A program made the position numbers and the translations under genes. From an uncultured Micavibrio sp. (GTDB lineage Bacteria > Pseudomonadota > Alphaproteobacteria > Micavibrionales > Micavibrionaceae): a stretch of 64,000 nt of DNA. A model generated the notes under the pieces. The model saw only the letters and a program-made list of their open reading frames with translations, did no database searches and was not told the origin of the DNA. Positions 29,992 to 39,829 of the stretch are shown piece by piece (position 1 is the first letter of the stretch; each line of letters begins with the position of its first letter). The stretch covers positions 23,255-87,254 of the forward strand of contig CAZWGO010000006.1 of the NCBI GenBank assembly GCA_964633355.1, written 5' to 3'.

Positions 29992-30261
29992 ATGACTTTA
30001 GTTCAGGCAATTGTTACTTTTACGTTGATCTGGTGGACCTTCTTATTCTGTGTCCTGCCATGGGGGAATACGCCTTCCGAAGATCCGATGGCAGGCGAAA
30101 CCGGTAATGTACCGGCAAAACCACGTCTGGGATTAAAATTCCTAACTACTACAGGGCTTTCCGTGGTTATCTTTCTGATCGTTTATGGACTTATAGAGGC
30201 GAATGTCCTAGATTTTTATGCAATGGCCCAGAACATGGAAAAGCAGGACGGTTTAAGATGA
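29992..30261 (+). CDS. DUF1467-family small membrane protein
   Basis: 89 aa with two TM segments and TFTLIWWTFLFCVLPWG...PAKPRLGLKFL. It occupies the position usually seen after rnj in alphaproteobacteria. Confidence 0.7.
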   Translation: MTLVQAIVTFTLIWWTFLFCVLPWGNTPSEDPMAGETGNVPAKPRLGLKFLTTTGLSVVIFLIVYGLIEANVLDFYAMAQNMEKQDGLR

Positions 30262-30776
30262 AAAAATTTATATACATAATTTCAGCATTGGTTTCTTTTT
30301 CAGGAATAGCTCAAGCTGCCGATCAAACGGACGGTATCAGCTCATCGATTGCGGTCGAGCGCATTATTTGCAAACCCGCCATGGTTCATACACCGTCAAG
30401 CGATGTTGCCTATCAAGGCGGCGTAGATGTGAACGGTAACGCGGTGGCTCCGGCTGATGTGAATTCCGCGCCGCAGATCATTTCATCGACATATACTGAA
30501 GTTCCATTGAACATCGATCTCGCCAAAAAATTGAGCCTCGCGCAGCCTGCCGTGATGGAAAGCAATTTCGGCAATCTGAAAGTTTATAATGATGGCCGCG
30601 TTCTTTATAACGGTCAGGATATTACAGGTAACGTCAATTCGTTATGCGGCAGGACGGGCGAGGCTGCCGTGCCGGCCAATGTTCCGGTGCCACCTCGAAA
30701 CGTCAATGTGATGTCGACACCGGAGGTTCCAATGCCGGGAAGTGCTGCGCCATCTGCCACGACAACCGCCCGCTAA
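30258..30776 (+). CDS. hypothetical secreted protein
   Basis: 172 aa. Signal peptide MKKFIYIISALVSFSGIAQA-AD and a Pro/Val-rich C-terminus. 4-nt overlap with the preceding gene. Confidence 0.55.
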   Translation: MKKFIYIISALVSFSGIAQAADQTDGISSSIAVERIICKPAMVHTPSSDVAYQGGVDVNGNAVAPADVNSAPQIISSTYTEVPLNIDLAKKLSLAQPAVMESNFGNLKVYNDGRVLYNGQDITGNVNSLCGRTGEAAVPANVPVPPRNVNVMSTPEVPMPGSAAPSATTTAR

Positions 30777-30804
30777 TACTAAACTTCTAATAGGACTAAT
30801 AACT

Positions 30805-32289
30805 ATGAATCAGCCAAATCAGGCTCAAAAAGCGCACGGAAAAAATTCCAAGTCTGCGATTTCACCGACACGCGAAGAAAACTTTCCCGAATGGTATCAG
30901 GAAGTCGTCAAGGTTGCAGACCTTGCCGAGAATTCACCGACACGCGGATCGATGATTATCAAGCCTAACGGTTACGCACTTTGGGAAAATATCCAGCGGG
31001 CGCTTGATGATTTAATTAAGGCAGAAGGCGTTCAGAACGCTTATTTCCCGTTGCTCATTCCTTTGAGCTTTATCGCGAAAGAAGCCGAGCATATAGACGG
31101 TTTTGCCAAGGAATGCGCCGTTGTCACGCATCATCGTTTAGAAGCCGGGCCGGATGGGAAGCTTATTCCTGCACCGGATTCCAAGCTTGAAGAACCTTTC
31201 GTTATTCGCCCGACATCGGAAACGATCATCGGTGATGCCATGGCAAGATGGACGCAGAGTTATCGTGATCTGCCATTGCTGCTTAATCAATGGGCCAATG
31301 TTATGCGGTGGGAAATGCGCACGCGTCTTTTCCTGCGCACGTCTGAATTTCTCTGGCAGGAAGGGCATAACGCGTTTGAAACAGCGGAGGAGTCCAATGC
31401 CGATGCGCGCAAGATGCTTGAAGTTTATAACGATCTCTACGAAAACTGGTTTGCGATACCAGGTTTCAAGGGCGAGAAAACACCGGAAGAGCGTTTCCCA
31501 GGGGCGGTCAATACTTACACGATTGAGGCAATGATGCAGGATGGAAAATCCTTGCAAGCCTGCACGTCTCACGATCTTGGTCAGACATTCTCCAAATCCT
31601 GTAATATCAAATTTCAGGGCCGTGACGGTAAAGAGCAATTAGCCTGGACGACATCATGGGGATTATCGACCCGTTCTATCGGTGGTCTGATTATGACCCA
31701 TGGCGATGACGACGGTTTAATTATGCCGCCCAAACTCGCGCCGACGCAAGTTATGATCCTGCCGATCATCAAAGACGAAAGCAGCGCAGGTCCTGTTCTG
31801 GAATATGCCCAAACTTTGGCCAAGCGCCTAAAGGAAATTGGTGTTCGTGCGAAGGTCGATACATCCGATGCAAGAGCGCCGGATAAAATGTGGGATGCGA
31901 TTAAAAAAGGCGTGCCTGTTCGTGTTGAGATCGGCGCACGGGAAGTCGAGCAAAATTCACTCACTTTCGTCCGCCGCGATATCGGGCGCGACTCAAAGGA
32001 ATCCTGCTCTCCGGATGAATTCATCGCGCGTGTTCAGGGTGTTTTAAATCAGAGCCATAACTATCTTTACAAACGCGCTTATGATTTCACGCGTTCAAAA
32101 GTCAAAGAAACAAAGACGCTGGCCGAGATTCAGGAATTCTTCAAATCCGAAATCGGTTTTGCCAAAGCGCCGGTTTCAATTTTGACGGATGCAGCTTATG
32201 AAGCTGTTCGAAAAGAATATTCATTGTCTTCTCGCTGCCTGCCGTTTGAGGACGAGGGCCAGACTGTGTTGATTGGTAAATCCTACTGA
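30805..32289 (+). CDS. proS: prolyl-tRNA synthetase, archaeal/eukaryote-like type
   Basis: The N-terminus SPTREENFPEWYQEVVKVADLAENSPTRGSMIIKPNGYALWENIQ resembles Thermus/archaeal-type ProRS. There is no INS editing domain, and the C-terminal domain ends in Tyr (LIGKSY). I prefer the ATG at 30805 over the track start 30742, which overlaps the upstream ORF. Confidence 0.9.
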   Translation: MNQPNQAQKAHGKNSKSAISPTREENFPEWYQEVVKVADLAENSPTRGSMIIKPNGYALWENIQRALDDLIKAEGVQNAYFPLLIPLSFIAKEAEHIDGFAKECAVVTHHRLEAGPDGKLIPAPDSKLEEPFVIRPTSETIIGDAMARWTQSYRDLPLLLNQWANVMRWEMRTRLFLRTSEFLWQEGHNAFETAEESNADARKMLEVYNDLYENWFAIPGFKGEKTPEERFPGAVNTYTIEAMMQDGKSLQACTSHDLGQTFSKSCNIKFQGRDGKEQLAWTTSWGLSTRSIGGLIMTHGDDDGLIMPPKLAPTQVMILPIIKDESSAGPVLEYAQTLAKRLKEIGVRAKVDTSDARAPDKMWDAIKKGVPVRVEIGAREVEQNSLTFVRRDIGRDSKESCSPDEFIARVQGVLNQSHNYLYKRAYDFTRSKVKETKTLAEIQEFFKSEIGFAKAPVSILTDAAYEAVRKEYSLSSRCLPFEDEGQTVLIGKSY

Positions 32290-33533
32290 TGTTTTCTCCT
32301 TTTGAAAGAATGATGGCCTTTAGATATCTTCGCGCACGCAAGGCTGAAGGTTTTGTTTCCGTTATCGCCGGATTTTCGTTTATGGGCATTATGCTTGGCG
32401 TGGCGACACTTATTATTGTTATGTCGGTGATGAACGGTTTTCGCTCTGAACTGATCGGTCGCATTTTAGGGCTGAACGGTCATATCAGCGTTTATGTACC
32501 GGGCAGCTCTTTGAGCGGATACGAGCCTGTCGAGCAAGACATCAAACAGATAAATGGCGTTGTTTCAGTTTCGCCTGTCGTTGAGAGCCAGGTTTTGATT
32601 ACGGCGAACGGGCAGGCAACAGGCGCGATTGCCCGCGGCTTTACGCAGGAATACATGAAGACCAAGCCCGTGCTGGCCAATTCATTCGAAAAAGGAAATA
32701 TTCGCGACTTTCAAGGTAATGTCATTGCCGTCGGCGTCAAGATGGCGGAGCGCTTGAACCTTAGCGTGGGTTCGCAAATCACATTAATGGCTCCGAAAGG
32801 CCGCAGCGGTCCGTTTGGTACAATTCCGCGAAGCCTGTCTTATACAGTCGTGGCCGTTTTCGATGTCGGCATGCATGAATATAACAGCGGCTATGTTTTT
32901 ATGCCGCTTGATACGGCGCAAACATTCTTTCAGCTATCACCTGACACAGTTTCCATGCTTGAAGTCATGGGCAAAAGTCCGGAAGAAGTCGATGTTCTGA
33001 AACAAAAATTACAATTAATCGTCAAGGACCGCGCCGAGGTTTATGATTGGCGCGATTCAAATGCTAGTTTTATGAACGCTGTTCAGGTAGAGCGAAATGT
33101 CATGTTCCTCATCCTGACGCTCATTATCGTCGTCGCGGCGTTTAATATTATTTCTTCGATGATCATGCTGGTCAAAGACAAGGGCAGGGATATCGCGATT
33201 ATGCGCACCATGGGCGCGGACAGGTCCAGCATGATGAAAATCTTTATGCTGACCGGCGCCAGTGTTGGTATCGGCGGCACAGCGACCGGCGCTATTTTAG
33301 GGACTTTGTTCGCCGTCAATATCGAAAGCATTCGGCAGTGGATTCAGAATATGACCGATACTGAATTATTTTCGGCGGAAATCTATTTCCTCTCAAAACT
33401 TCCGGCGGAAGTGAAATGGGATGAAGTCAGCGTGATTGTCGGTATGGCCATTGTTATTTCTATTGCGGCGACTTTATATCCGGCATGGCGCGCGGCAAAA
33501 CTCGATCCTGTAGAGGCGCTTCGTTATGAGTAA
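32289..33533 (+). CDS. lolC: lipoprotein-releasing ABC transporter permease (LolC/LolE family)
   Basis: 414 aa with FERMMAFRYLRARK...FVSVIAGFSFMGIMLGVATLIIVMSVMNGF and a C-terminal FtsX-like domain. Confidence 0.9.
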   Translation: MFSPFERMMAFRYLRARKAEGFVSVIAGFSFMGIMLGVATLIIVMSVMNGFRSELIGRILGLNGHISVYVPGSSLSGYEPVEQDIKQINGVVSVSPVVESQVLITANGQATGAIARGFTQEYMKTKPVLANSFEKGNIRDFQGNVIAVGVKMAERLNLSVGSQITLMAPKGRSGPFGTIPRSLSYTVVAVFDVGMHEYNSGYVFMPLDTAQTFFQLSPDTVSMLEVMGKSPEEVDVLKQKLQLIVKDRAEVYDWRDSNASFMNAVQVERNVMFLILTLIIVVAAFNIISSMIMLVKDKGRDIAIMRTMGADRSSMMKIFMLTGASVGIGGTATGAILGTLFAVNIESIRQWIQNMTDTELFSAEIYFLSKLPAEVKWDEVSVIVGMAIVISIAATLYPAWRAAKLDPVEALRYE

Positions 33534-34206
33534 AATTCTTCTTGAAACGCAAAATCTCGGTAAAACCTATCATCAGGGCGATGAAGATTTGCAGATTTTG
33601 CACGATATAAATCTTCAGATTAGGAGCGGCGAGATCGTTGCGCTTGTCGGGTCATCCGGAGCAGGAAAATCTACTTTACTGCAAATGATCGGCCTCCTCG
33701 ATAAGCCGACGACGGGAAAAATATTCGTCAACGGCCATGATGTGTCGGATTTGAATGATGACAAACGCACGCTTCTGCGCCGCAAGTATCTAGGCTTTGT
33801 GTACCAATTCCACTATCTGCAGCCGGAATTCTCGGCTTTGGAAAATGTCGTTATTCCGCAGATGATTAAAGAAGTATCAAAAAAAGAGGCCGAAGCACAC
33901 GGGCGCGCTATGCTCGATCAAATGGGCCTGTCGCATCGTTACGATCACCGTCCGGCGCGTTTGTCCGGTGGAGAGCAACAGCGCGTGGCGATTGCCCGCG
34001 CTCTGGCCAACGATCCAAAAATCCTGATGGCGGATGAGCCGACAGGAAACCTTGATCCGAAAACATCGGATGAGGTTTTTGAAATGCTGATCAAGCGTAC
34101 TCGCGAAAAAGGTATCGGCGCGATTATCGCGACGCATAATATGGAGCTCGCCAAACGCATGGACCGTATTTTAGAGATCAAGGGCGGAGAGTTGAAAAGC
34201 CTGTAA
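33526..34206 (+). CDS. lolD: lipoprotein-releasing ABC transporter ATP-binding protein
   Basis: Walker A GSSGAGKST, signature LSGGEQQRVAIARAL and Walker B ILMADEPTGNLD. Confidence 0.93.
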   Translation: MSKILLETQNLGKTYHQGDEDLQILHDINLQIRSGEIVALVGSSGAGKSTLLQMIGLLDKPTTGKIFVNGHDVSDLNDDKRTLLRRKYLGFVYQFHYLQPEFSALENVVIPQMIKEVSKKEAEAHGRAMLDQMGLSHRYDHRPARLSGGEQQRVAIARALANDPKILMADEPTGNLDPKTSDEVFEMLIKRTREKGIGAIIATHNMELAKRMDRILEIKGGELKSL

Positions 34207-34257
34207 AAGCATTTTCTTTCCTTGCTCTTACGGCTCTTAATTCTCTAAACTCACTTT

Positions 34258-37200
34258 ATGCCCGATACCCAATTTGTTCATCTTCACGTCCATTCCGCTT
34301 ATTCTTTGGCGGAAGGTGCTTTGCAGGTCAAAGACCTGATCAAGAAGACGTATAAACTGAAAATGCCAGCAGTAGCAATTACCGATACATCGAACTTGTT
34401 CGGCGCGATGGAGTTTTCGTTGGAAGCCGCCAAGGCGGGCATCCAGCCAATCCTTGGTTGTCAGGTCAACGTCGGGACTGAAGATTGCCAGATCGTTTTA
34501 CTGGTTCAATCCGAAGCCGGATATAAAAACCTCTCTGCGCTTATATCGAAAGCCTATATTGAAGGCGATGGCAGCCGCAAACCGGTGATCGAATGGGCTG
34601 ATCTCGAGGCAAAATCCGATGGATTGATTTGCCTGTCCGGTGCCTTGAAAGGGCCGATCGGCCATGCCTTGCTAGGCCGCCGGATCGAGGAAGCCGAGAA
34701 TTTTGCAACGAAGTTAAAATCTATTTTTGGTGATCGCTTCTATATGGAGTTGCAGCGTCATGGCCAGCGTGATGAAGATGCGATTGAGAACGATGCCATC
34801 GAGTTGGCGTATAAATTCGATATTCCTTTGGTGGCAACGAATGATTGTTATTTCCCCGATGAGAGTTTTTATGACGCGCATGATGCGCTGCTCTGTATCG
34901 CTGAAGGTCGTTACGTTACCGAAGACAATCGCCGCCGTGTAACGAAAGAGCATTACTTTAAATCCGCCGAGGAGATGATCGATCTTTTCGAGGATATTCC
35001 CGAAGCGATTGCTAATACGGTCGTGATCGCAAAGCGTTGTCATTTCTTCCTGAAGACGGTTAAGCCTATTTTGCCACCATTCGAAAGCGATAGCGGACGC
35101 TCCGAATTGGATGAAATTAAGTTCCAGACCAAAGCGGGACTTCAATATCGTCTCGAAAATTTCGTCTTTACGCCGGAGATGTCGGAAGCCGAAAAGAAAG
35201 AAGTCGCAAAGCCTTATCAGGACCGTCTAGAGTTCGAGCTTAATACCATTATCAATATGGGGTTTATCGGGTACTTCCTTATCGTTTCCGACTTTATCAA
35301 ATGGGCAAAGAACCACAATATTCCGGTCGGACCGGGCAGGGGTTCTGGCGCGGGTTCCGTTGTTGCCTGGGCGCTTTCGATTACCGATTTGGACCCGTTG
35401 AAATACGGACTTCTGTTCGAGCGTTTTCTCAATCCTGAACGCGTATCCATGCCGGATTTTGACGTAGACTTTTGCCAAGATCGGCGCGACGAAGTCATCG
35501 CCTATGTTCAGCAACGCTACGGGTATGATCGTGTCGCACAGATTATCACCTTCGGTCAGTTAAAAGCCCGCGCGGTCGTCCGCGATGTCGGGCGCGTGCT
35601 GCAAATTCCCTATGGTCAGGTTGATCGCATTTCGAAGATGATACCGAACAATCCGGCCAATCCGGTCACGCTTGCCGAAGCGCTCGCCAATGATGCTGAT
35701 TTCCGCGCCATGCGCGATGATGATACGGTTGACCGTTTGCTGACGATTGCGCTTCAACTTGAAGGCCTCTACCGCCATGCCTCGACCCACGCTGCGGGTA
35801 TCGTTATCGGCGACAGGCCTTTGCAAGAATTATCACCTTTATATCGTGATCCGAATTCCTCCATTCCGGCGACGCAATTCAACATGAAATATGTTGAATC
35901 AACAGGCCTTGTGAAATTCGACTTCCTTGGTTTGAAAACGCTCACTGTCATTCAAAAAGCGGTTGAGTTGATCAAGGACAAAGGCGTCGATGTCGAGATT
36001 TTACAAATCCCGATTGATGATGCGCCTTCTTATGAGATGATCGCCCGCGCTGAAAGTACCGGCGTGTTCCAGCTTGAAAGTTCGGGCATGCGCGACACGC
36101 TGCGCAAGATGCACCCGGACAGGCTCGAAGATATTATCGCTCTTGTGTCTTTGTATCGTCCGGGCCCGATGGATAATATTCCGCAATATTGTCTCGTCAA
36201 AGATGGCAAGGCCGAACCCGATTACCTGCACCCGAAACTTCAGCCGATGCTGGAGGAAACGTACGGCATCATGGTTTATCAGGAACAGGTCATGCAGGCT
36301 GCACAGTTACTCGCGGGCTACACGCTCGGCGGTGCGGATTTACTTCGCCGCGCCATGGGTAAAAAAATCAAGGCCGAGATGGATGCGCAGAAAGCCTTGT
36401 TCGTCGAAGGTGCGGGAAAATTCTCAGACGTCAAACCCGAACGCGCGGAAATTATTTTCGAACAGATCGAAAAGTTCGCCGGTTATGGTTTTAACAAATC
36501 TCACGCCGCCGCTTATGCGCTGATTGCCTATCAAACGGCATGGCTGAAAGCCAATCACCCGCTGGAGTTTTTTGCCGCGTCGATGACGCTCGATATGGGC
36601 AATACGGACAAGCTGGCGATTTTCCGTCAAGCGATGGATCGTATGGAGCTGAAACTCCTGCTGCCTGATATCAATAAATCATTCGTGACATTTGCGGTTG
36701 AAGGTGAGGCGGTGCGTTATGCTCTGGCCGCGATCAAAGGCGTTGGCGAAAATGCGATTGCCAATATCATTGCCGAGCGTGAGAAAAACGGGCCGTATAA
36801 ATCGCTGGAAGATTTCCTGAAACGGATCGACCCAAAGAACATCAATAAAAAGCAATTTCAAAATCTGGCGGCGGCGGGCGCGTTTGAATCCATTCACCCG
36901 AGCCGGGCGCAATTATTCGAAGGCGCGGAAAAACTGATTCATTACGCGCAGGCTTTGGCGAATGAGCGCAATTCATCGCAGGCGAGTATGTTCGCTATGG
37001 AGCAAACGGTTGCCAGCGATCTGGCACAGCAGCATCTGCCCGATATCCCTGAATGGGGACCTCTCGATAAACTGGCGCATGAATTCGACGCTTTGGGCTT
37101 TTATCTTTCCGCGCACCCGCTCGACAGTAAAGCGCGGCAGCTTGAACGCCTCGGCATGATTTCCTACGCGGAGATAGAAGGCCATCTTCAGGGCAAGCCG

Positions 37201-37686
37201 ATTGCGCGGATGCAAATGGCGGGAGTGCTTATTAAAAAGGTCGAAAAGATTTCTGCCAAGAGCGGCAACAAGTTTGCCTTTCTGACCATGTCGGATAGCA
37301 CCGGTGTTTACGAAGTCGCGCTCTTCTCCGAAACCCTCGCCCGCACGCGCCAGTATCTGGAAGAAGGCAAGGGCTTACTAATGACTGTTGATGCCGAAAT
37401 TCGTGAAGACGCTTTGCGGATGACAGTTCAGGACGTCAAACCTCTCGAAGAGTCACTAGCCGATAAAGTCCGTGAAATAGAAATTACAGTAGATAAAGCG
37501 GAAGCGTTGGATATCCTGAAAGCCCGTCTCGATAACGAGAAAAAAGGCGGAGCGAAAATCCTGATCACCTTGACCACCCAAGGCAAGGATGTGCAAATAC
37601 GCCTCCCGGGGTTTTATTCGGTCAGCCCGGACACGAAAAACGTGCTTTTCCAAACTAAGGGTGTGAAGAAGGTTCAGGAATTATAA
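34258..37686 (+). CDS. dnaE: DNA polymerase III alpha subunit
   Basis: 1142 aa with the PHP domain FVHLHVHSAYSLAEGAL, the polymerase core GPGRGSGAGSVVAWAL.ITDLDP, FERFLNPERVSMPDFDVDF and an OB fold. Confidence 0.97.
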   Translation: MPDTQFVHLHVHSAYSLAEGALQVKDLIKKTYKLKMPAVAITDTSNLFGAMEFSLEAAKAGIQPILGCQVNVGTEDCQIVLLVQSEAGYKNLSALISKAYIEGDGSRKPVIEWADLEAKSDGLICLSGALKGPIGHALLGRRIEEAENFATKLKSIFGDRFYMELQRHGQRDEDAIENDAIELAYKFDIPLVATNDCYFPDESFYDAHDALLCIAEGRYVTEDNRRRVTKEHYFKSAEEMIDLFEDIPEAIANTVVIAKRCHFFLKTVKPILPPFESDSGRSELDEIKFQTKAGLQYRLENFVFTPEMSEAEKKEVAKPYQDRLEFELNTIINMGFIGYFLIVSDFIKWAKNHNIPVGPGRGSGAGSVVAWALSITDLDPLKYGLLFERFLNPERVSMPDFDVDFCQDRRDEVIAYVQQRYGYDRVAQIITFGQLKARAVVRDVGRVLQIPYGQVDRISKMIPNNPANPVTLAEALANDADFRAMRDDDTVDRLLTIALQLEGLYRHASTHAAGIVIGDRPLQELSPLYRDPNSSIPATQFNMKYVESTGLVKFDFLGLKTLTVIQKAVELIKDKGVDVEILQIPIDDAPSYEMIARAESTGVFQLESSGMRDTLRKMHPDRLEDIIALVSLYRPGPMDNIPQYCLVKDGKAEPDYLHPKLQPMLEETYGIMVYQEQVMQAAQLLAGYTLGGADLLRRAMGKKIKAEMDAQKALFVEGAGKFSDVKPERAEIIFEQIEKFAGYGFNKSHAAAYALIAYQTAWLKANHPLEFFAASMTLDMGNTDKLAIFRQAMDRMELKLLLPDINKSFVTFAVEGEAVRYALAAIKGVGENAIANIIAEREKNGPYKSLEDFLKRIDPKNINKKQFQNLAAAGAFESIHPSRAQLFEGAEKLIHYAQALANERNSSQASMFAMEQTVASDLAQQHLPDIPEWGPLDKLAHEFDALGFYLSAHPLDSKARQLERLGMISYAEIEGHLQGKPIARMQMAGVLIKKVEKISAKSGNKFAFLTMSDSTGVYEVALFSETLARTRQYLEEGKGLLMTVDAEIREDALRMTVQDVKPLEESLADKVREIEITVDKAEALDILKARLDNEKKGGAKILITLTTQGKDVQIRLPGFYSVSPDTKNVLFQTKGVKKVQEL

Positions 37687-38750
37687 TGTACAAATTTTTT
37701 CTTATCTTAGTTTTTTGCGTCATTCAATTTCCGAGCTTTGTGCAAGCAGAAACTATTTCAGAAAAATCTCAGCGATTATGCAGAGCTTATGTGGAAAGGC
37801 CTTCTGATTTTAAAAAAATAAAATTAGAAGATTGTAAAATATATCCATATCAGGAAGCTCAAGAATTGGAGTCTGCAAAATGCTTTATTCATAATGTTGA
37901 AGGCGTTGAAAAACCTGTGAAATTTGTAACTAATTATACAGGATTGGGGAGTTGCAGTTCTAATACTGTCAACGAAATTTCAGAGGGTGATCATCCCCAG
38001 CCTTTGTTTAATAGAGATATCGCTAATTCAAGCGTTAATGGGTACACTTTTGGTGGAAATGATATTGCACTAGATTATGAAGGAGAGTTATTGATTTCAA
38101 ATCAGTCAAAAGATTTAAGATTAGTGACTAAATATTCTCAAATAGTCTTATGCCAGTTTTGTCAAAAGTTTGTTAAATGGGAAAATATAAAATCACAAAA
38201 TAAGGTTTGCGATTTGCTCGCTGAAGAAAATTTTTTAGATAAAGGTAATAAAATTGAACAATCGGATTGGGGGAAATGGCCCAAAGCACCTATTGGTTCA
38301 CCTGAAAATTATTTTGATGTAGATTTAGATCATGATGGCTCAAAAGAAAAAATAGTACGTTACCAGTTTGATGACGGAGGAGGTTGCGGTTGCACTCAGC
38401 AAAGTCTAATTCCATTAGAAAATGGCCAATTACCAGTTCTAGAAACAAAACCGTCACCTACTCAACAAAATCTAGCGTCAAAGCTTAAAGAGATAACGGG
38501 TGATTGCTTACGTTTCAGAAATCAATGGACTATTGTTGGAATCGAAGGCAAGGACTACTTGCTGAATTCTTCATACCCTGATCCTGAAACAAAAGTATTT
38601 CGAGGAGAAAACAGAACACTTTTTGATTATATTCATGGAAAGTTTGTGAAGGTTTGTGAGCAAAAGCCAATAACTAAGCTTACAGAAGATAGATACTGCG
38701 GCGATAGTTATAGATCTTTTAAGAGAACCTATGAGCCTTATTTAGATTAA
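37686..38750 (+). CDS. hypothetical secreted Cys-rich protein (AT-rich gene coupled to dnaE)
   Basis: 354 aa. Its ATG overlaps the dnaE TAA (TAATG). Signal peptide MYKFFLILVFCVIQFPSFVQA-ET, 14 Cys, and a DVDLDHDGSKE...DDGGGCGC segment. It is markedly more AT-rich than its neighbours. Confidence 0.6.
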   Translation: MYKFFLILVFCVIQFPSFVQAETISEKSQRLCRAYVERPSDFKKIKLEDCKIYPYQEAQELESAKCFIHNVEGVEKPVKFVTNYTGLGSCSSNTVNEISEGDHPQPLFNRDIANSSVNGYTFGGNDIALDYEGELLISNQSKDLRLVTKYSQIVLCQFCQKFVKWENIKSQNKVCDLLAEENFLDKGNKIEQSDWGKWPKAPIGSPENYFDVDLDHDGSKEKIVRYQFDDGGGCGCTQQSLIPLENGQLPVLETKPSPTQQNLASKLKEITGDCLRFRNQWTIVGIEGKDYLLNSSYPDPETKVFRGENRTLFDYIHGKFVKVCEQKPITKLTEDRYCGDSYRSFKRTYEPYLD

Positions 38751-38790
38751 AAACCAATATATATTTACATAATTAAAATAATTAACTTTC

Positions 38791-38820
38791 TTGACTTCAA
38801 CACCCAAAACCCCTTATAAC
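38791..38820 (+). promoter_or_regulatory. putative sigma70 promoter of rpsB-tsf
   Basis: TTGACT, an 18-nt spacer, then TATAAC. This leaves a leader of about 115 nt before the rpsB ATG. Confidence 0.4.
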
Positions 38821-38944
38821 CCACCCAAATTCACATACAGGACAAGGTTCCGGATTCGAGAGTTTCCAGTGCCTGACCGGTCGCCCTAATAACCAAAAAG
38901 GCGATTTTCCTGTAGAGGCTCAACCGGACGAAAGGAATATTTAT

Positions 38945-39739
38945 ATGTCTATGCCAGAATTCTCTATGCGCCAACTTCTTGAAGCAGGCGTTCACTTCGG
39001 ACACCACACACGTCGCTGGAACCCTAAAATGCGCCCGTTTATTTTCGGCGTGCGTAACGGCGTTCATATCCTCGATCTTCAACAAACAGTTCCAATGCTT
39101 GAGCAAGCTCTGCAAGCCGTTCGTGAAGTTGCCGCTAATCGTGGCCGCATCCTGTTCGTCGGTACAAAACGTCAGGCTCAGGAAAAAGTAAAAGAATCCG
39201 CAAAACGCTGTGGCCAATACTACGTCAATCACCGCTGGCTCGGCGGCATGCTGACAAACTGGAAAACAATTTCCGGTTCGATCGCTCGTTTGAAAGAACT
39301 CGATGGCATCCTGTCGATGGAAAATCCGGGCTATAAGAAAAAAGAAATCCTGATGATGATGCGCGAGCGCGAAAAGCTTGAAAAAGCTATCGGCGGGATC
39401 AAAGATATGGGCGGTCAACCTGACGCTCTTTTCGTTATCGACACAAACAAAGAAGACCTTGCCATTCTGGAAGCCAAGAAACTCGGCATTCCGGTTATCG
39501 CGATCCTCGACAGCAATTCCAGCCCTGATAACATCGATTTCCCTGTCCCGGGTAATGATGATGCTTTGCGCGCGATCGAAATCTATTGCGACCTCGTTTC
39601 TTCCGCGATCCTTGATGGTATCAGCGCTGAAATGTCCCGCTCCGGTAAAGACGCCGGCGCAGCAGTCGATGTTAAAGTCGAATTGCCAGCAGCAGCGAAT
39701 GAATCCGACGCTGAAGTAAAAGCGGCAGCAAACGCTTAA
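38945..39739 (+). CDS. rpsB: 30S ribosomal protein S2
   Basis: Contains [22 protein letters not shown] and [10 protein letters not shown]. Confidence 0.97.
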   Translation: MSMPEFSMRQLLEAGVHFGHHTRRWNPKMRPFIFGVRNGVHILDLQQTVPMLEQALQAVREVAANRGRILFVGTKRQAQEKVKESAKRCGQYYVNHRWLGGMLTNWKTISGSIARLKELDGILSMENPGYKKKEILMMMREREKLEKAIGGIKDMGGQPDALFVIDTNKEDLAILEAKKLGIPVIAILDSNSSPDNIDFPVPGNDDALRAIEIYCDLVSSAILDGISAEMSRSGKDAGAAVDVKVELPAAANESDAEVKAAANA

Positions 39740-39751
39740 TTAATTTGTGTC

Positions 39752-39799
39752 GTCCCTGCGACACGCTGCGCAAGCGCTCGCGCTGCGGGAAGCAGGGAC
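39752..39799. repeat. GC-rich palindromic intergenic element between rpsB and tsf
   Basis: The outer arms gtccctgc...gcagggac enclose a GC-rich interior (gctgcgcaagcgctcgcgctgcg). Confidence 0.6.
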
Positions 39800-39829
39800 C
39801 TCTAAACTCTCAATAAAAGGAATAGAAAA

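Noticed and set aside
38831-39418. 195-aa ORF antisense to rpsB. Similar long shadow ORFs occur at 28594..29109 (antisense to rnj), 31138..31638 (antisense to proS), 40284..40994 (alternate frame of tsf) and 15488..15949 (antisense to nuoF).
   Set aside because: Each lies wholly within or across a strongly supported conserved gene. None has start signals or recognisable motifs, and their compositions (Arg/Ser/Cys-rich) are typical of off-frame translation.
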